A DNA stretch of 64,000 bases from an uncultured delta proteobacterium. GTDB lineage: Bacteria; Desulfobacterota; WTBG01. The stretch is from contig CAWCBP010000012.1 in assembly GCA_963793865.1 (NCBI GenBank), positions 64,001 to 128,000 of the forward strand, written 5' to 3'. Each line of letters opens with the position of its first letter. Within the stretch, counting starts at the first letter, position 1. This document shows, one piece after another, positions 58,833-64,000 of this stretch. Under the pieces are notes generated by a model, which was given only the letters and a program-made list of their open reading frames with translations, was not told the DNA's origin and made no database searches. A program made the position numbers and the translations under genes.

Positions 58833-59126
58833 GGGGACGTTGTTGACTAAGTGGAATAAGTATTGCCGCTCAGCAATAGCATAGACCACGAACGATACCC
58901 TGCCCTCAGAACAATCTGCTTAAAATCCGGTCAGTAGCCTGCCTGCAGCACCATTCATCCAACATCGTTTTTCCGAAACATGAATCCTGCATATAGCATT
59001 GAATACAAGCAAGAATGATCGCAAGCATGTTATGTAAACGCCGGATTAATAAAGACAGTTGCCGCTGCTCTTGCGAATGAACTAAATTAAATCAATGATC
59101 AATTCCACTTAGTCAACAACGTCCCC
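58833..59126. mobile_element. 294-bp MITE-like element, copy 2
   Basis: Same TIRs and a closely similar interior to 55661-55954, in the same orientation. Confidence 0.85.
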
Positions 59127-59181
59127 AATTATGGTTTTTTTGCCGGAATTCTTCACCCTCCGCAGACCGGATGCATGGTGC

Positions 59182-60504
59182 TTAATTATACTCATACAAA
59201 GTGCCTGCTGTCCAATCCTCACTGCCTGTCGCACTTCGGGCAGCACCTCCGCTCACGCTGGAGCAATAGGCGCTGGCTTGGTTAATGTCCCCCCCGCTCA
59301 CGCTGGCACCCCAGCCGGTTGCTTGACCATCCCGACCGCCACTAATGCTGGCATAATCACCGCTTGCGTAATTTCCATTTCCCCCGCTCACACTTGAAGC
59401 ATCACCACGCGCTGTATTTCTTTCCCCTCCGCTCACACTGGAATTTTCTCCAATTGTGTGATCTGTCAGGGCTCCATCTCCTGCTACGTTATCTCTTCCC
59501 CCAAGCACCGCTGAATAATGAGCAAATGCTGTATTTCCATATCCTGCTGTGTCGGCACCACCACCACCACCAACAAAGGAATAATCACCGCTGGCCACAT
59601 TATATCTTCCGCCGCTCACACTGGCACCCCAGGCGGTTGCCGTATTATTGAACCCGCCGCTCACCGTGGAACGGGAGCCGCTTGCTATATTATATTGCCC
59701 TCCGCTCACCGTGGCTGACTGGGCAAAGGTATGGTCGATGAGATCCGGATCGCCGGTAAGATTACTGCGGCCGCCCAGTATTGCTGTATAATGACCGAAT
59801 GCCTGATTTCCATCAGATGCACTGGTATATCCACCTCCGCCTACGAAGGAGAAATCACCGCCGGCTTCATTATACCTGCCGCCGCTCACGCTGGCATAAG
59901 CGCCGCTTGCAGTATTAACTGTTCCTCCGCTCACATTGGTGCCAGAAGCACTTGCTATATTACCGGCTCCCCCGCTCACGCTGGCATAGGATCCGGAAAT
60001 CGTATTGTGGCGGCCTACTACCAGCCCACCATAGGATGAATAGTTGTGCTCTGCACCGACCACAACATTGTGAGACCCGGTTCGATTGTCACCGCTGCCG
60101 CGAAGCTCGTTATATCCCACAATAAAGTTGCCCAGACCATTCGTGGTTCCGCCTGTTGTCCCGCTCCCATTAACGATATGAACATTCACTCCGCTAAAGG
60201 TGATGTCGTTCCCGTCCCTGGTCACATTTGCCAGCAGAGCAGTCAATTGTGCCACCTGCGTTTTTAGCTGCTCAATCTCAATTCCTAATTCTTCGGCCGT
60301 CTGGCATTCGATCACCGGGCAGGGATCCAGGAGTGAGCTCCTGCCGAAATCGGACTTGAACACAAAGGCATCCGAGCCATCCTGGTCCGCATCGTTGTCA
60401 AAATTGCCCTCGCAATAGTCAATCGGTTGCGCCATGACAGGAGATACTGATAGTGAAACCATAAACCCGATTACCATTGTGAACACGAATATCAATCTCT
60501 TCAT
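59182..60504 (-). CDS. Secreted protein: dockerin-like N-domain, coiled coil and SVSGGxxNxASG repeats
   Basis: Signal peptide; CEGNFDNDADQDGSDAFVFKSDFGRS; many 14-aa repeats; GGGAGG RBS. Confidence 0.88.
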   Translation of the reverse strand: MKRLIFVFTMVIGFMVSLSVSPVMAQPIDYCEGNFDNDADQDGSDAFVFKSDFGRSSLLDPCPVIECQTAEELGIEIEQLKTQVAQLTALLANVTRDGNDITFSGVNVHIVNGSGTTGGTTNGLGNFIVGYNELRGSGDNRTGSHNVVVGAEHNYSSYGGLVVGRHNTISGSYASVSGGAGNIASASGTNVSGGTVNTASGAYASVSGGRYNEAGGDFSFVGGGGYTSASDGNQAFGHYTAILGGRSNLTGDPDLIDHTFAQSATVSGGQYNIASGSRSTVSGGFNNTATAWGASVSGGRYNVASGDYSFVGGGGGADTAGYGNTAFAHYSAVLGGRDNVAGDGALTDHTIGENSSVSGGERNTARGDASSVSGGNGNYASGDYASISGGRDGQATGWGASVSGGDINQASAYCSSVSGGAARSATGSEDWTAGTLYEYN

Positions 60505-60900
60505 ACCATCCTCCCGCAAAAAAAATTCCCGCTTCATTCCCTGACCACCATGGTCAGCGGTAAAGCGGGGTTATCTCTCACAAAAACATCATGTGTGCCA
60601 CTCTATTCCCCTCCGGATTATCACGTATCGTAATTTAATCATAAAATACCTGTTCCCTCAAGGACTAAAAACCCCACGGACTGCGGGATTCTTAATTTGG
60701 CTGTGCGGAGAGAAAATCCTAGACCGCTCACGCAAAAGGTGCTACAAATATGGGTAACATCGAAGGTTGCCTGTTATCCGCGTTCAACGATGTAGAGCGG
60801 CTGTCTGAACTGTTGTTGCTTCACCTGGAATACGACCTGCCGGACGGTCATCAAACGTTCTGTTTCATCCCCCTGGCCAGGACCGGAATGGAGTAAACGG

Positions 60901-62070
60901 TTGGTGTTTTATACAAAACGATTCCTGAAATTGTTCCTGATCATCGTTCTGCCCTGCTGTCACTTGATCGTCCCGGGTTTCTCCGAAGGGCGGCCGGCGC
61001 CGAGCGTTTATGTTACCGCCCGGTCCGCCATTCTTATCGATGCCGCCACCGGCGAGGTCCTCTTCGAAAAAGCCGCCGATGTTCCGCTGCCGCCCGCCAG
61101 CACGACCAAGGTCATGACTGCCCTGATTGCCCTGGAGCAGAAATCCCTCAGCACCGTTATGCCGGTGAGCAAAAATGCGAGCAGCGTCCCTCCCTGTAAA
61201 ATTTACGTCCGCGCCAATGAGCAGTGGCCACTCGATAAGCTTCTGTACGGCATCCTCCTGAAATCCGCCAATGATGCGAGCGTGGTCATTGCCGAAGGAA
61301 CCTCCGGCTCGGTGGAAAAATTCGCCGATCTCATGAACCGCAAGGCCATTGAAATCGGCGCCCGCCACACCCACTTCGTCAATCCGCACGGGTTGGACGC
61401 GAGCGGGCACTATACGACAGCGCGGGACCTGGCGCTTATATTTCAATATGCCGGAAGGCAGCCGGTTTTCCGCCAAATCGCGGGAACCAGGACCATGTCC
61501 ATCACCAACCCCAGGTCACGGACTGTTTTCCTTAAAAACCACAACCGGCTGCTGGGAACCTACCCGGGGATGCTGTACGGGAAATCCGGTTATACATCGA
61601 AAGCCAAACGCTGTTTTGTCGGACAGGCCTCCCGCGGGGGAAGGGACCTCATCGTCTGCGTCCTGGGGTCACAGAATCATTTTAAGGATGCGGCCCGCCT
61701 GCTCGATTATGGTTTTAAGACTGCACCAGAACCTCGTTTCGCCAAACTGGAGAGGGACACATCAGTTACCGATGCGGCTCCGGCATCAAAGAGCCGGGGA
61801 TTCGTCATCCAGGCGGCCTCTTTTTCTGACCGTGCCAGGGCCGCTGATCTTCACGACATGCTGATAGCTCACGGGTATCCCTCATTCATTGAAACGGTTT
61901 TTTTCGGCAGTGACGGAACCCGTCACCGGGTCAAGGTGGGGTATTACACGGAACGGGAATACGCTGAAAAAACCCGGTACCGGCTTGTCAAAGATTTCAA
62001 CCTGCGTCCTCTCATATCGTTTGAGCAGGAGGACGTACAGACGAAGAGCGCTGCACAGCCCGGGGCGTGA
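60901..62070 (+). CDS. D-alanyl-D-alanine carboxypeptidase (peptidase S11) with a C-terminal SPOR domain
   Basis: PASTTK (SxxK), SAND (SxN), KSG and NPHGL; FVIQAASF...A SPOR domain. Confidence 0.9.
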   Translation: MVFYTKRFLKLFLIIVLPCCHLIVPGFSEGRPAPSVYVTARSAILIDAATGEVLFEKAADVPLPPASTTKVMTALIALEQKSLSTVMPVSKNASSVPPCKIYVRANEQWPLDKLLYGILLKSANDASVVIAEGTSGSVEKFADLMNRKAIEIGARHTHFVNPHGLDASGHYTTARDLALIFQYAGRQPVFRQIAGTRTMSITNPRSRTVFLKNHNRLLGTYPGMLYGKSGYTSKAKRCFVGQASRGGRDLIVCVLGSQNHFKDAARLLDYGFKTAPEPRFAKLERDTSVTDAAPASKSRGFVIQAASFSDRARAADLHDMLIAHGYPSFIETVFFGSDGTRHRVKVGYYTEREYAEKTRYRLVKDFNLRPLISFEQEDVQTKSAAQPGA

Positions 62071-62169
62071 GGGGAAGCGCAGCGGGAATTTTTCTAACCC
62101 AAAGCAGGTTCTTATCCCTTGATCAAGGGGTGTGCCATGGCATGTCATCGAATACCCAAAGAACAGGCG

Positions 62170-62496
62170 ATGGATTTAAAGCCCTCGGACGTCACCGGCA
62201 CCGTCAGCGATCTGGCCCTGGTTACCAAGGCCATCGATAAGCCGATCAGCCAACACATGACCGCCGGTTATCTTGAGCTGAAGCCGGGATATGACCGGGA
62301 GCTGAAAACGGAATACGAGGAGGTCAACGTTTTTCTGGAAGGATCACTGACCTATTCGTTTAACGGCGAAAGCTTCGTCGCCCGCAAAGGCGATCTGGTG
62401 TTGATCGAACAGGGGAGCCGTGTCCACTATACCACGGATGAAGGCTGCCTGGTATTCTACGCGCTCTATCCCCAGCTCAAACCGCGCCGGGTCTGA
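62170..62496 (+). CDS. EutQ-like cupin protein
   Basis: MTAGY...YEE...LEG.L....GD...I..G. Confidence 0.7.
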   Translation: MDLKPSDVTGTVSDLALVTKAIDKPISQHMTAGYLELKPGYDRELKTEYEEVNVFLEGSLTYSFNGESFVARKGDLVLIEQGSRVHYTTDEGCLVFYALYPQLKPRRV

Positions 62497-62533
62497 GGTG
62501 TGGGCGTGCGCGGGGCTCGCCGCATGCGCGCGT

Positions 62534-62610
62534 CCGGGGATGCCATACTTAATTCAGTATTGCGTTGGTTCTTTTAAGTTTTAATCCGCCATTTAGTATG
62601 GTGTCCCCGG
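62534..62610. repeat. Short element with 16-bp imperfect terminal inverted repeats
   Basis: CCGGGGATGCCATACT...AGTATGGTGTCCCCGG; a related half-site ATGGTGTCCC lies at about 57347. Confidence 0.55.
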
Positions 62611-62736
62611 AATTCTTCTCCGTCATCCCTGTTTTCTTCTTGCCATCCTCCTCAACGTATCAAATCTTCTATGTTTTGACGGAACCGTTTTTTATATAAT
62701 GCGCATGCCCTGACGCGGGGAAAGGTTCGATGTGTC

Positions 62737-63588
62737 ATGCCGAAAGTCAGCGTTATAATTCCCACCCACAACCGCGCGGCCATGGTGCGGGAAGCCATTG
62801 AATCCGTGCTTGCGCAGAGCTATGCCGACCGGGAACTGATTGTGGTGGACGACGGGTCAACCGACGGCACAGAGGCGGCGATTTCCTCCCTCATCCCTCA
62901 GCTCACCTATGTCTACCAGGAGCATCGGGGTGTGAGCGCCGCCCGGAACCGGGGTGCTTCGCTCGCGCGGGGCGAATACCTTGCCTTTCTCGACTCCGAT
63001 GACCTCTGGCTCAGGGACAAGCTGGGCAGGCAGATGCAGTTCATGGAGTCGCACCCTGAGGCGCTCATATGCTACACTGATGAGATATGGATACGGAGAG
63101 GGGTGCGGGTCAATCCCATGAAGAAGCACAAAAAACACTCGGGAATGATCTTTCCCCACTGCCTCCCGCTCTGCATTATCAGCCCCTCATCGGCTCTGTT
63201 TGCCCGCGGACTTCTGGAGGAGACGGGCATGTTCGACGAGACGCTGGCGGTGTGCGAGGATTATGACCTCTGGCTCCGCATCGCGGCGCGCTATCCCGTG
63301 TACCTGGTGGATGCTCCTCTCATCGTCAAGCGGGGGGGGCACGATGATCAGCTTTCCCGCAGCCGGACCGGCCAGGACCGTTATCGCATCGCGGCCATCG
63401 AGAAGCTGTTGCGGGGAGGACAACTCACCGCCGGCCAAAGGGAGCTCGCGGTCAGGGAGCTGGTCAGGAAATGTTCCATTTACGGGAACGGGTGCATTAA
63501 ACGGGGGAGGGGCGACGAAGGCGAACGCTTCCTGGCCATTGCTGCCGCATACAGCACCCCGGGAGCCGCAAAGGTGGAGCCGATATGA
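62737..63588 (+). CDS. Glycosyltransferase family 2
   Basis: VSVIIPT.NR, VVDDGSTD, FLDSDD and EDYDLWLR. Confidence 0.92.
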   Translation: MPKVSVIIPTHNRAAMVREAIESVLAQSYADRELIVVDDGSTDGTEAAISSLIPQLTYVYQEHRGVSAARNRGASLARGEYLAFLDSDDLWLRDKLGRQMQFMESHPEALICYTDEIWIRRGVRVNPMKKHKKHSGMIFPHCLPLCIISPSSALFARGLLEETGMFDETLAVCEDYDLWLRIAARYPVYLVDAPLIVKRGGHDDQLSRSRTGQDRYRIAAIEKLLRGGQLTAGQRELAVRELVRKCSIYGNGCIKRGRGDEGERFLAIAAAYSTPGAAKVEPI

Positions 63589-64000
63589 TTCCAACCATAG
63601 GAGAGATGCTGGCCATTTCAGCCGGCAGGGTTCCCGGAAGGCGGGCGCTGGTGTGCGATAATGAGGAGCTAAGCTACCGGGAGCTCAATGCCCGGGTGAA
63701 TCAGACAGTGCGTGGTTTCATGACCTGCGGTATTACCGCCCATGACCGGGTGGCCCTGCTGCTTCATAACAGCGTTGAGCTGGCCGTGCTGCTGATGGGC
63801 CTGGCCCGGGCGGGCATTGTCGGCATCCCGCTCAATTACAGGCTTCACCCGGGGGAGCTTGCCGCTGTGATTGCCCAATCCGGCGCCACCGTTCTGTTCG
63901 TGGGCGATGAGTTGGAACCCCTCTTCACTGCGTGCGATATCCATGCCTCGTCGGTCAGATCTGTCATGCAGGTAAAAACCTCGTCCGCCAAGGGAGGCGG
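63585..64000 (+). CDS. AMP-binding acyl-CoA ligase, N-terminal part (truncated by the window)
   Basis: ATGA overlap with GT2; MIPTIGEML...LSYRELNARVN...DRVALLLHNS.E...PLNYRL. Confidence 0.8.
   Translation, partial: MIPTIGEMLAISAGRVPGRRALVCDNEELSYRELNARVNQTVRGFMTCGITAHDRVALLLHNSVELAVLLMGLARAGIVGIPLNYRLHPGELAAVIAQSGATVLFVGDELEPLFTACDIHASSVRSVMQVKTSSAKGG

Noticed and set aside
57500..60000. 42-nt periodic repeats (CCGCTCACGCTGG) as a CRISPR array
   Set aside because: They are in-frame coding repeats (SVSGG) with wobble variation, and no cas genes are present.

Overview
A roughly 50-55% GC bacterial chromosomal segment whose gene content suggests an anaerobic Desulfobacterota-like organism (inference). 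About ten otherwise intact genes carry 1-2 nt indels, so the assembly is probably error-prone. Contents in order: (1) 1-13.7 kb: a CsoR-controlled copper locus with copA, three copZ/HMA genes, cusCBA, a sulfite-reductase-like Fe-S protein, a Cys/Pro-rich leader-like ORF and two paralogous Cys-rich 'TRASH + WCxH repeat' proteins. (2) 14.3-18.2 kb: tRNA-Arg(TCT) with a decayed integrative island carrying attL/attR, an integrase remnant, a tetraheme cytochrome and a GNAT. (3) A TPR protein, an AOR, an M48 protease and a lipoprotein. (4) An isolated flhG-fliA-kinase-flgM module. (5) yunC-like, miaB, vanZ-like and PHP genes. (6) A cluster of two condensation-type acyltransferases around a divergent B12 acyl-CoA mutase, with an HpnA-like SDR, a phosphodiesterase and ACAD-etfAB. 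(7) A sigma54-driven operon: B12 radical SAM, ResB, CcsA, two proteins sharing a novel repeat domain, DsbA, a secreted His-free Cys-rich protein and a papain-like protease. (8) MITE-flanked AAA_14 and SVSGG-repeat surface-protein genes, then dacA-like, cupin, GT2 and an acyl-CoA ligase. The best candidates for undescribed systems are the sigma54 operon, the WCxH copper-locus proteins, a paralogous non-coding locus with anti-Shine-Dalgarno hairpins (18.4-18.9 kb and 28.1-28.4 kb) and the mutase/condensation cluster.
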